A DNA stretch of 64,000 bases from an uncultured candidate division Zixibacteria bacterium (GTDB lineage Bacteria; Zixibacteria; MSB-5A5; UBA10806; 4484-95), in the NCBI GenBank assembly GCA_963668625.2, contig CAXXKA010000008.1, positions 352,001 through 416,000 on the forward strand, given 5' to 3'. The notes below the pieces were generated by a model, which made no database searches, was not told the DNA's origin, and saw only the letters and a list, made by a program, of their open reading frames with translations. The position numbers and the translations under genes are program-made. Positions 49,482 through 59,176 of the stretch are shown piece by piece (position 1 is the stretch's first letter; the number at the start of each line of letters is the position of its first letter).

Positions 49482-51782
49482 TTAATGAACATCCCCCAAA
49501 ACGGCATCATATGTATTGAAAATCACATTCTTGGTTTTATAAGACATGGCCGGGAAAGTCATCTCCAGCTCTGGTTTATCTACCCAGATTTTGTAATGAA
49601 CATATCTACCGCCGTCAAAAACCAGCGTAATAGGGACCAACATCTTGAAATTTTCAGGTACGTTTTTTTGTTTGATAAAACATGTCACCTGCGATTTGCC
49701 GTCATCGGTCTTTGTGATATCATATTTGAATTTGTATTTAGGGTATTGCCTGCCGTACACCCACTGATCGAAAAACCAGCCCATATCACCGTTGCAATGT
49801 ATCTCCAGCACCTGTTTTAATTTCTCGGTGGTAATCGGCTCCGACTTGAAACGCTCGATTAAATCCTGCAAGAAAGCCACGAACCTTTCATCCGACTCGG
49901 ATTTGTAATCGTACAGGATATATCTTATCATATGAAAAATATAAGCGCCTTTGTAATATACCTGTGATACGTAATCATCCGTTTGCGTATTCTTGAGCCT
50001 GTCGCCCAGCACGACAGGACCGGCATCTATGCCGGTGGAACCGATACCGGTGCCTGATTTGATCCAGCCACGGTAATATTCGAGCATATTGTCGAAAGCT
50101 TTCTTGTTTTTCCCCGAGGCCTGGTAAAACCACAAACCGCAATATTCAGCCAATCCCTCGATAATCCAGTTATCATGATAGTCATCACTATCTATCACAT
50201 GTCCCCACCATTGATGAGCCACCTCATGGGCGCGGAAAGCCTCGTTATAACCATCCAGGTCCTCCTCTAAAAACGTATCCATGGAAAGATACACTAAACC
50301 CGGCGAGCCCTGGCCGTGGCTATAGGGGATACTGGTGGCTTTAAGCGTATCGAAAGGGCATGGCCCCAAAAAGCTGGTGAAAAAAGCCAGGCTATTCATG
50401 ATATCCGCACCGGCGTTACCCAGCCTGTCTTTAACCGTGATAACCACTCCGCCACCGCTGGCATCGGCTATCTCCTCGGTTAAATACACCTCTACCATCG
50501 GGTAACCCTCGGCAGTGATCTTTTTCGACCTGAACGAGCCGACATTAAAACTGACATATTGCGAGGGGATATCCAGCAGGTAATGTTCGAGCAGGCGGCC
50601 ATCCTTAACCTCGGAACTGACTTTCTTGCCGCAACTGATCACCTCGTACTTTTCAGGTGTATCGAAAGTCAAATCGAACGTCGCGACATCCCTGAAATAT
50701 GTTTGTGGATACCATCTAGAGGTGGTTTTTACGTAGAATATCGAACTCCATTTATCCAGGCAATCCGATTCGTATTCGAAATCGATGAAATTTTCCTCCC
50801 CTGCTACGGTCGGACTATTGAGATACAAACCGATTCCCGACTCATCGACATCAACATCGATAACCCGGTATCCCTCTTTCTTGAACACCGGCTGGAGCGG
50901 CCTGCCTTTATCATCTTTAATGGAAAGGATAGTGATATCGTAATACCAGTCGAAATACAGAAACCGTTTACCCTTCACCAGCGGCGTGTAATGAATCCTG
51001 CAGGAGCTGACCATCTCGCCATCCGATTCTATTCTCGACCGAATTTCATAATGAGTTATATCTATCGCCTGCGCACCTCGCTCCACCGGGGATAGGCCAT
51101 CAGGAGAATAACCGGCGAACACATCAGCGGTTCTAACTCCTGCGCTTCGTTTGAGATTATATATTCGATACAGATCATCGTGTACTGGGCTCTCCCGAAA
51201 TACGAGATGCCCGGTCTTTCGGGTTGGCAGATCGAAATATAAATACTCGGACGCGTTTTCCGAGGTCAAGCCGTCCAGTAACTCGTTGGGTAGATAAACT
51301 CCCAGGTGATGGTAGCCGTCATCGCAGGCATCCCGGAAATAATCCAGCACCGATTGAGCCGGTTGCGCCACTGTCAGGTTCGACATATCGGGAACTATCC
51401 CCTCGCTATCGGTGAACATGAATAATGCTTTCGAGAATTTATCATCGATTAGCTCTTTCCCGGTAAACCGATCTAACTGATAAGCTTCTATATCATCCGG
51501 CGGAGTATATTTTATCCTGCCGATACCTTTAAAAATCATAGCGCATGGTTTCCCCATACCGAAATCCAGCAGGGTTATCTCTCCGTTTTCGAGAATAATA
51601 TCCACCTGCGGTTTGCTGATAGTATAAGAGCTTATCGAACCGGTTAATACTTCTTGGGGGGCGCCGTTTTCGAAATTCCGTACGAATGATTCGATATCGT
51701 GAACTTGCCCTGAGGAAACCGAAAATCCGAATACCATAAAAATATAAACGTACGCATAAACCTTACCCAAACTATCCCTCAT
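49482..51782 (-). CDS. M1-family aminopeptidase-like protein, Zn motif intact (array member 5)
   Basis: GQGSPGL, AHEVAHQWWG, WIIEGLAEY, YYKGAYIFHMIR, FFDQWVYG; start ATG 51782. Confidence 0.9.
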   Translation of the reverse strand: MRDSLGKVYAYVYIFMVFGFSVSSGQVHDIESFVRNFENGAPQEVLTGSISSYTISKPQVDIILENGEITLLDFGMGKPCAMIFKGIGRIKYTPPDDIEAYQLDRFTGKELIDDKFSKALFMFTDSEGIVPDMSNLTVAQPAQSVLDYFRDACDDGYHHLGVYLPNELLDGLTSENASEYLYFDLPTRKTGHLVFRESPVHDDLYRIYNLKRSAGVRTADVFAGYSPDGLSPVERGAQAIDITHYEIRSRIESDGEMVSSCRIHYTPLVKGKRFLYFDWYYDITILSIKDDKGRPLQPVFKKEGYRVIDVDVDESGIGLYLNSPTVAGEENFIDFEYESDCLDKWSSIFYVKTTSRWYPQTYFRDVATFDLTFDTPEKYEVISCGKKVSSEVKDGRLLEHYLLDIPSQYVSFNVGSFRSKKITAEGYPMVEVYLTEEIADASGGGVVITVKDRLGNAGADIMNSLAFFTSFLGPCPFDTLKATSIPYSHGQGSPGLVYLSMDTFLEEDLDGYNEAFRAHEVAHQWWGHVIDSDDYHDNWIIEGLAEYCGLWFYQASGKNKKAFDNMLEYYRGWIKSGTGIGSTGIDAGPVVLGDRLKNTQTDDYVSQVYYKGAYIFHMIRYILYDYKSESDERFVAFLQDLIERFKSEPITTEKLKQVLEIHCNGDMGWFFDQWVYGRQYPKYKFKYDITKTDDGKSQVTCFIKQKNVPENFKMLVPITLVFDGGRYVHYKIWVDKPELEMTFPAMSYKTKNVIFNTYDAVLGDVH

Positions 51783-51814
51783 CAACTCACCCTCTTCTAT
51801 TTTATTGCGGTTAA

Positions 51815-54439
51815 TTACTTGTAATCTACATCGCACAATACTGCGTTATATGTGTTGAATATTACTTTCTCCGGCTTATATGGCACCGGAGGCAAATCAA
51901 TCTGTTCGTTATTCCTGGTTACCCATACGCGCATATGGATATATTTATCCTCCTGAAAAAGCAAAGTGACCGGTACGATCATTTTGAAATCACCCGGCAC
52001 ATCCGACTGATTTATTTCACAACTTACCACGTACTTATTATCAGGATTCATACTGGAGGTGTAGCTGAATTCGTATTTGGGGATTCTCGTTCCGTATACC
52101 CATTCCTCGAAAAACCATCCCATATCGCCTCCGACATATTTTTCCAATAAAATCTGAAGGCCGTCATTGGTAATTGGTTTATCGGAGAAATTCAGCACTA
52201 TATCTTTCAAGAACGAGGCAAATAAATCATCCGAACCGGTTTTATAATCTCTTAGTATGTACCTTATCATATGGAATATGTATGCCGCCTTGGAATAAGC
52301 TACCGGCACATAATCCTCGAAAGTGGCGGAATTTAGTCGCTTTCCCAGTACCATCGAGCCGGCATAAGAACCCTCCGACCGAACGCCCGTCCCGAGCGGT
52401 TTTTTATCCAGGCCGGTTACCCTTTCCCAATCTTTCAAACCACTGCCGTGAAATACCTCATCCTTCAATATGCGAATCATCCGGTCGATAGCCTTGCGTT
52501 TGCCCGAGGAGATCTCATAGTACCACATACCGCAGTACCTGGCCAGCCCGTTTATTATCCATTCATCCCTGTAGCTCTCGTTCTTGACCGTATGGCCGAA
52601 CCACTGGTAAGCCACTCTTTCCGCCCGGGAGCTTTCCTGCATACCGTCGAGATCCTCGCGGATAAAGGAATCCCACGAAAGATAAACCATCCCCGGCGCT
52701 CCGCGGCTATCTTTGTTTTCGGGAATGCTGGTCGCCTTGATCGTATCGAACGGACAGGGGCCGAGAATGCTGCTGAAAAAGATAGAGCTATTGGCAACAT
52801 CCGCGCCCGCCTGGCTCAAGCGATTACTGGTGGAGAGCCTCACTGTCGAGGTATCTCCGGCATCAATGAAACTCTGATTATCCTCACCGATATTTCTGCC
52901 GGATACTATGGGTACATCTTCGGGATTGTTAAGCGAGGTTATCTTGTTGCCGGTTATGTAATCGCCATCAACATACCGGTTGTCACCGATGTTATTATCG
53001 AGATACGATTCATACTCCGTGCCCTCGCTCCGGTATTTCTCGGCAAGGTATACGTTCATTGGCTTATCCACGTAGCCGGTATCTATTTGCTCTAAAAACT
53101 CCCGAGGTTTGGCCATACTGGCATCGGCTATCTCCTCGGCCAGGTAAACAGCTACAGGGGAAAATCCTTCAGCCTCGAAAACCTCACTCTTGAATGCCCC
53201 GATATTAAATCCAACCACCGCGACGGGCTTTTCGACCTCGTATCGACTGATACTCCTGCCATCATTTTCCTCGCTCGACACGAGATTACCCGTGCTGATA
53301 AGCTGATATTTAGAGGGGTAATCGAATTGCATGCTGTAAGTAGCCTCATCCCGGAAAATCGTTCGCGGATACCAATCCGTCTCATTCCTGATATAGAACA
53401 ATGAACTGGTTTTGGCCAGCGTATTACATTTATACGTTATCTCCACGAAATCGCTGTCGCCCATGATCAGCGGCTTATTCAATATCAAACCAACTCCTGC
53501 CTCCTGACGGTTGACATCGAATACGCCGTAACCCTCTTTTTTGGCTATCGCCGTAACGGGCTTGCCATCGGAGTCTATCACTCGTTTGATCTCGTTATCG
53601 AAATACCAATCGAGATAGATGAACCGCTGTCCCTGAAGAATCGGGACATAGTTGATCCGGCAGGTTACCTCCATATCGCTGCCTGCCTCTATTCTCGATT
53701 CTATATCGTAGTGATATATATCAATAGGCATTACGCCCCTTTCGCTCGGGGGACGGTCGAACGGCGAGAAACCCGCCAGTACATCATAACCCAGCGCTCC
53801 GCCGCTTCTCCTGACATCGTAAATACGATACCAGTCGTCCTGAGTCGGGTCCTCCACGTATACCAGATGTCCCATCTCGGGGATAGTGAAATCGGCATAA
53901 ACGAAATTGCCGGGCGAATCCGAAAGTAGATTATCCAGGGTTTTGTTGGGCAGGTAAAGATACAAATACGAAAGCGATTGATCGTTTAGCTTGGAGAACC
54001 TCTCCCATTCGTCTTTTTCGATCTTGCGCCGCGTTGCCTTTCCGGAAATGATCTCCTCGGGGGGTACGGTAAATACGATAGCCAGGCTATCCACCGGATG
54101 GCTTAACAGGCCGATATGCAGAAATTTCCTCAACTGCTGTTTCTCGACATCATCCTCGGGAGCATACATTATTTTGCCGCTTCCGGTAAACACCATGGCC
54201 GTCGGCCTGTCCCAGCCGAAATCAAGCGTGACAACCTCGCCTTTACCCATAGCGAACACCACCCCGCCGCGCGCGATAGTCAGGGTATCCACCTGATAAA
54301 CCGATACCATCTGCTTACCGCCGTTCTCGAACGAGTCGAGATAATCCAGCGGATCGTTAACCGCATAGCTAATACCATACACAATGAATAGTAATGCTGC
54401 GATACGGAATGCGATCCGATTTCCCTTAACCTTATTCAT
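51815..54439 (-). CDS. M1-like paralogue with degenerate Zn motif and internal insertion (member 4)
   Basis: AERVAYQWFG and WIINGLARY replace HExxH/E; YSKAAYIFHMIR retained. Confidence 0.85.
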   Translation of the reverse strand: MNKVKGNRIAFRIAALLFIVYGISYAVNDPLDYLDSFENGGKQMVSVYQVDTLTIARGGVVFAMGKGEVVTLDFGWDRPTAMVFTGSGKIMYAPEDDVEKQQLRKFLHIGLLSHPVDSLAIVFTVPPEEIISGKATRRKIEKDEWERFSKLNDQSLSYLYLYLPNKTLDNLLSDSPGNFVYADFTIPEMGHLVYVEDPTQDDWYRIYDVRRSGGALGYDVLAGFSPFDRPPSERGVMPIDIYHYDIESRIEAGSDMEVTCRINYVPILQGQRFIYLDWYFDNEIKRVIDSDGKPVTAIAKKEGYGVFDVNRQEAGVGLILNKPLIMGDSDFVEITYKCNTLAKTSSLFYIRNETDWYPRTIFRDEATYSMQFDYPSKYQLISTGNLVSSEENDGRSISRYEVEKPVAVVGFNIGAFKSEVFEAEGFSPVAVYLAEEIADASMAKPREFLEQIDTGYVDKPMNVYLAEKYRSEGTEYESYLDNNIGDNRYVDGDYITGNKITSLNNPEDVPIVSGRNIGEDNQSFIDAGDTSTVRLSTSNRLSQAGADVANSSIFFSSILGPCPFDTIKATSIPENKDSRGAPGMVYLSWDSFIREDLDGMQESSRAERVAYQWFGHTVKNESYRDEWIINGLARYCGMWYYEISSGKRKAIDRMIRILKDEVFHGSGLKDWERVTGLDKKPLGTGVRSEGSYAGSMVLGKRLNSATFEDYVPVAYSKAAYIFHMIRYILRDYKTGSDDLFASFLKDIVLNFSDKPITNDGLQILLEKYVGGDMGWFFEEWVYGTRIPKYEFSYTSSMNPDNKYVVSCEINQSDVPGDFKMIVPVTLLFQEDKYIHMRVWVTRNNEQIDLPPVPYKPEKVIFNTYNAVLCDVDYK

Positions 54440-54632
54440 ATAATCTCCTATGTTCACCCTCATGACAACTCTCCATTGCAGGGAGAATATCGGTCATATG
54501 AAATCATTAACACATAGGTAAGCGATAACCGCTCCCCGCTTCAGGTTATACAATAATTCAACCGACTTATTCCACTATTAAATAACACTAAATAATAGAT
54601 TGATAGTTTCATATATAACTGAACGGAACGAT

Positions 54633-56873
54633 CTATTTCTCATGCACCCGGGCCAGAACCGCACCAAAAGTATTGAAATTGATATTTACGGGCTCTAATG
54701 GCAAGGGTGGAAGTTTAAACTCGATTTCCGGGCCGCTTACCCAGTGACGGAAATGGGCGAAGCGGTCTCCATCGAATACCACCGTTAGCGGCATAATCAT
54801 CATGAACTCATCGGGGGCTTCGCTTTGCTTTATTTTGCAAGTTACGATATATTGGCCTTCGTCATTCTTTTCCGACTTATATGAACAATCATAAGTGGGG
54901 ATATCAACGCCATATACGTACTGGTCGAAAAACCATGTCAGATCTGACTGGATGTGTTTTTCCAAAACGATTTTCAGTCCATCGGTCGTGATAGGTTTGT
55001 TCTTGTAGGTATCGACTATATCCCGGAGAAACACTTCGAATGCCTCATCGGAGTCCGTTTTAAAATCGTAGAATAAATATCGAATCATATGAAATATGTA
55101 AGCCCCTTTGCCTAGAACAACGTTTGAATAATCATATGATTTCGATGAATTCAGACGGTACCCCATTATAACCGGCCCAGCCTTGCTGCCATCACACATC
55201 TGGTTGTCAGGCTCGATAATATTGACTCTCCAGTTTTTTAAAGTTTCATTGCAAATACCAACATTTCCAAACACACTTTGATAAAAAAGGAATGCACTAT
55301 ATTCCGCCAATCCGCAAACTATCCAGTGATCTTTATAATTCTCAGCGTTTACAATGTACCCAAACCATTGCTGCGCGACCTCATATGCCCTAAATCTCTC
55401 AAACACACTTTTATTAGCATCTATACCAGAGAAAGTGGTAATATACGAAAGCTGCAGCAAACCCGGCGCTCCTATACCGTACAATCCTAGTATCTCCGTT
55501 ACTTTCATGGTATCGAACGGGCAGGCGCCGAGCAATATGCCATAAAACTCCAATGCTTTTAAAATATCATGATTTGTTTCCGCTTGTCTTTCCTTGTGTT
55601 GCTTGAATTTCCAGTTATAAAACCTCATAGAAGGTAAATTCTCATTACTGAATTCCTCAGACTCGAATAGCCCTAATTCAAAAGTAACAAATTCTACGGG
55701 ATAGTCTTGTTTCCACTTAGATATATTGTATCTGCCTTCATGTTTGAAATCTACCCGATTCGCGCTTACTACGGCAGTGAAATCCTCATTACATTTAAAC
55801 GACATATCAAAAGTTGCTTTATCAATGATAGTATTTCTAGGGTACCAATAGGTTTCGCTTTTACTGATGAAGAATCCGAAAGCTTTTATCAAAGATTCGT
55901 TTTTATATTCTATATCGATAAAATCTTTCTCACCGATTACCCCGGGTTCCTCGAGTATAACCCCGAAGTTGCTGCATTTCTTTCTATGCAGTATCTCCAA
56001 TTTATTACCCTTCGAATCGTATGCGGCTATCGGTGTATTTTCACTATGCCAACTCAAGTGTAGAAATTTCTGGCCCCATCTTACGGGAGTATAATGCATG
56101 CGGCATTTGACGATCATATTATCGCCGGACTCGATATTAGATTCTATATCATAATGTTCTATATCGATCGTGTGATACCCCCGATGCGAGGCAAGATGAC
56201 TTTCATCAGTGTAACATCCCCAAAAATTCCTTCTGAATTGATGATCAACCCACAGAAAATGCATGAGTTGGTATTTATCATCGCTTAAAGGATTTTCAAT
56301 GAAAACCAGATGTTCGAACTTGTTGATATAGAAATCAGCATAAATGTAAGTACCAGGTCCATCGGTCAGAAGGTCGGTGGCGATATATCCGGCAATGTAA
56401 TAATTCAGGTTATCACGGGCGTCCTTTTTGGCATCCCTGATTTTATACCATATATTTTTATCGAGCGTTTCTTTTTTGAAATTGGAAATATCAGGAAAAT
56501 TTTCCAGTTCGACCGTGAAATACATGAGCATCCGGTCAAAAGTGACATCGAGTTTATCCTGCTTTTTGAACTTCCTCAACTGATAACGTTCCTGCTCGTT
56601 GGGGGGCGTGTAAATTAATCTTACATTGCCGGTAAACCAAAACGCGCATGGCCTGCCCGTGCCAAAATCCATAACTACCATTTCACCGTCAGTAAAATAA
56701 TACTCGAATTTATCTCTGATTATAGCCATGCTATCAACTTTACCGACCAGAACCTGTTGGTCGTTGTGCTCTTCGAAATTCTCCTGGAAGGTATGTAAAT
56801 CAAAATCCATAATAGCATTTGCGTTAACCGCAAAGAACGATACTAATAGTAATACCAAAAACAGCAACCTCAT
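54633..56873 (-). CDS. M1-like paralogue with degenerate Zn motif (member 3)
   Basis: AYEVAQQWFG, WIVCGLAEY, KGAYIFHMIR, FFDQYVYG. Confidence 0.85.
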   Translation of the reverse strand: MRLLFLVLLLVSFFAVNANAIMDFDLHTFQENFEEHNDQQVLVGKVDSMAIIRDKFEYYFTDGEMVVMDFGTGRPCAFWFTGNVRLIYTPPNEQERYQLRKFKKQDKLDVTFDRMLMYFTVELENFPDISNFKKETLDKNIWYKIRDAKKDARDNLNYYIAGYIATDLLTDGPGTYIYADFYINKFEHLVFIENPLSDDKYQLMHFLWVDHQFRRNFWGCYTDESHLASHRGYHTIDIEHYDIESNIESGDNMIVKCRMHYTPVRWGQKFLHLSWHSENTPIAAYDSKGNKLEILHRKKCSNFGVILEEPGVIGEKDFIDIEYKNESLIKAFGFFISKSETYWYPRNTIIDKATFDMSFKCNEDFTAVVSANRVDFKHEGRYNISKWKQDYPVEFVTFELGLFESEEFSNENLPSMRFYNWKFKQHKERQAETNHDILKALEFYGILLGACPFDTMKVTEILGLYGIGAPGLLQLSYITTFSGIDANKSVFERFRAYEVAQQWFGYIVNAENYKDHWIVCGLAEYSAFLFYQSVFGNVGICNETLKNWRVNIIEPDNQMCDGSKAGPVIMGYRLNSSKSYDYSNVVLGKGAYIFHMIRYLFYDFKTDSDEAFEVFLRDIVDTYKNKPITTDGLKIVLEKHIQSDLTWFFDQYVYGVDIPTYDCSYKSEKNDEGQYIVTCKIKQSEAPDEFMMIMPLTVVFDGDRFAHFRHWVSGPEIEFKLPPLPLEPVNINFNTFGAVLARVHEK

Positions 56874-56903
56874 AACCCCGTAATCCTTTCTTACGCTAAA
56901 ATA

Positions 56904-59146
56904 CTACCTCACCCTGCACAATACCGCATGATTCGTGTTAAATATAACTTTTTCAGGTTTTAATGGTAATGGTGGCAGCTCGATTTTATTATCTTTTTTA
57001 TTGATCAGCAACTTATGATAAGTGCATCTATCATCAGCATATAAAACCGTAATTGGCACCAACATCGAGAATTCCTCGCTAACATCTCTTTGGGAAACTT
57101 TGCATTCCACGAGGTGTTTTCCGTTTTCGTTCTTCTTTACGTCATACGAGAATTTATACGTGGGTATTTCGATACCATATACACACTGATCGAAAAACCA
57201 TGACATATCGCCGAGATAATTTTCAACTAGTCTTTGAAGTCTCTCGGTCGTTATGGGAGTATCCCCGTATTCGATAAGAAGATCATTTAGAATTCCCAAG
57301 AAGATATCATCGGAGCCGGAGTTGAAATCATGAAGCATATAACGGAGCATATGGAAAATGTAAGCTCCCTTGTAACCTGAGACCGCATAGTAATCGTTCG
57401 ATTTGGATGAATTGAGTCTTTTGCCTAAAACAACCGGTCCGGCCTTATATCCTTTCGAGCCTTGACCCACACCGTAGAAAATAACTTTCTGCCAGTCTCT
57501 CATCAACTTGTCAAAATCTATATCTCGGTCATTGGACTTTTCGAAATACATCAATGCGCAATAATGCGCCAATCCCTCAGCAATCCAGGTATCACGATAC
57601 GACTCGCTTCTCATTTTATGATGCCACCACTGGTTAGCCATCCTGATCGGACCGTCATAGGTGCTGTTGTGAAACACTTTCCAGTTGACATTTTCCAGAC
57701 CTGGAGCGGTATTATTAGATGAACTGGGAGTATCGGCCACCTTAATCGTATCGAACGGGCATTTGCCGAACATATCGGTGAAATATGCCAAGCTGTTTAC
57801 CATGTCAGCTCCCACCCGGGGTATACTGATCGGTGAGTGTGTAAATATTACTACCGGGGGCAAATTTTCGAAACACCGCTCTACCGGATAGTAGTAGCCA
57901 ATGTTGAACGATACATTGTTGGAGGGGTAGTTCAACATATATTGAAGGTTTACATCATTACCCTGTGTAAAAGACATTACATTTCTTTCACCGCTTGACA
58001 CCACTCTGCGTGTATTGGGAAAAGTGTAGTCCAGATGAAAAGTGGCCGGATCGTTCATGTGATTCATCGGGTACCAGCAATCGTTGCCGATAGTGTAGCG
58101 CAAACCGTAGTAGTTCCTGATACAATTACACTCATATTCTATCCTGATCAGTCCCGACTGATCTTTTTGTAGTGGTTCATTCAGTACCACACCAAAACCG
58201 GCCTCGGAGTTTTGATTGACCAGCACTTTAAACGGCTCGCTATGCTCGATCACCATAAGCGAGTCGCCGTTAATATCAACAACTGATTGTATTCTATTCA
58301 TTTTATACCAGTTGAAATACAAGTATCTGGCGCCGGAACTTATAGCTTTATAATATACATCACAGGTAACAAGCATATTGTCACCCTCGGTTATAACCGA
58401 TTTGATATCGTAATCGGTGATATCTATGGGAATCACGTCACGTTCCGATACCAGTTTGCTGGATATAGGTAGGGAACTGCATATATCATACATTTCTCTT
58501 CCCTTATTCATTATAAGCTCATATAAAACATTCGAATCATCATTATAAGGATCAGACTCGAACGCAAAACGCCCCATGTTTTGACATACATATCAGCGTA
58601 GAAATATGGGATTTTATCGCTAAATAGAAGATTCCCCAGAAGTTTATTTGGCATGAATATTCCCAGATGGCTGAAAGCGTGTTCCTCGGCGGATTTCAGT
58701 TTCTCCCATATATCTTCATCAAGATCGATATCGCTTAGTTGGCTAAAATCCATATCGAGACAACTTTCATCACTGAAAAACACACATAGCGAATCGAGTT
58801 CTCTGATGAAATTCTTTTTACCGGTAAATTTATCCAACTGGTATTGTTCATTGATATCGTCAGGAGCATAATCGATCTCGGCCTGGCCGCGGAAAATCAT
58901 CGCTGAATTTTTTTCTAAACCGAAATCGAATACCGTAGCCTCGCCTGATATCAATTTGAAATTGGCAAGTCCCACGTTGAATATTTTATTTTCTACATGG
59001 TTCGAAAGCACTGGTTGAGTATCGTGCTTTTTAAAATTAGCCAAGAATGTATTGACCTTGTCGATATCCGTATTTTGCGCGAACGCTACGGTTAATATAA
59101 AGTAAAAATGAAATAGCAATATCGCAAAACCGGTTTTTATTTTCAT
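56904..59146 (-). pseudogene. M1-like paralogue, degenerate Zn motif, split by a frameshift (member 2)
   Basis: 58511..59146 plus 56904..58577; adding one base to the T4 run at 58579-58582 gives YVKNMGRFAFE, matching the paralogues. Motif reads PIRMANQWWH. Confidence 0.8.
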
Positions 59147-59176
59147 TTAATGACATCCGTTCATAAAATTATATTA

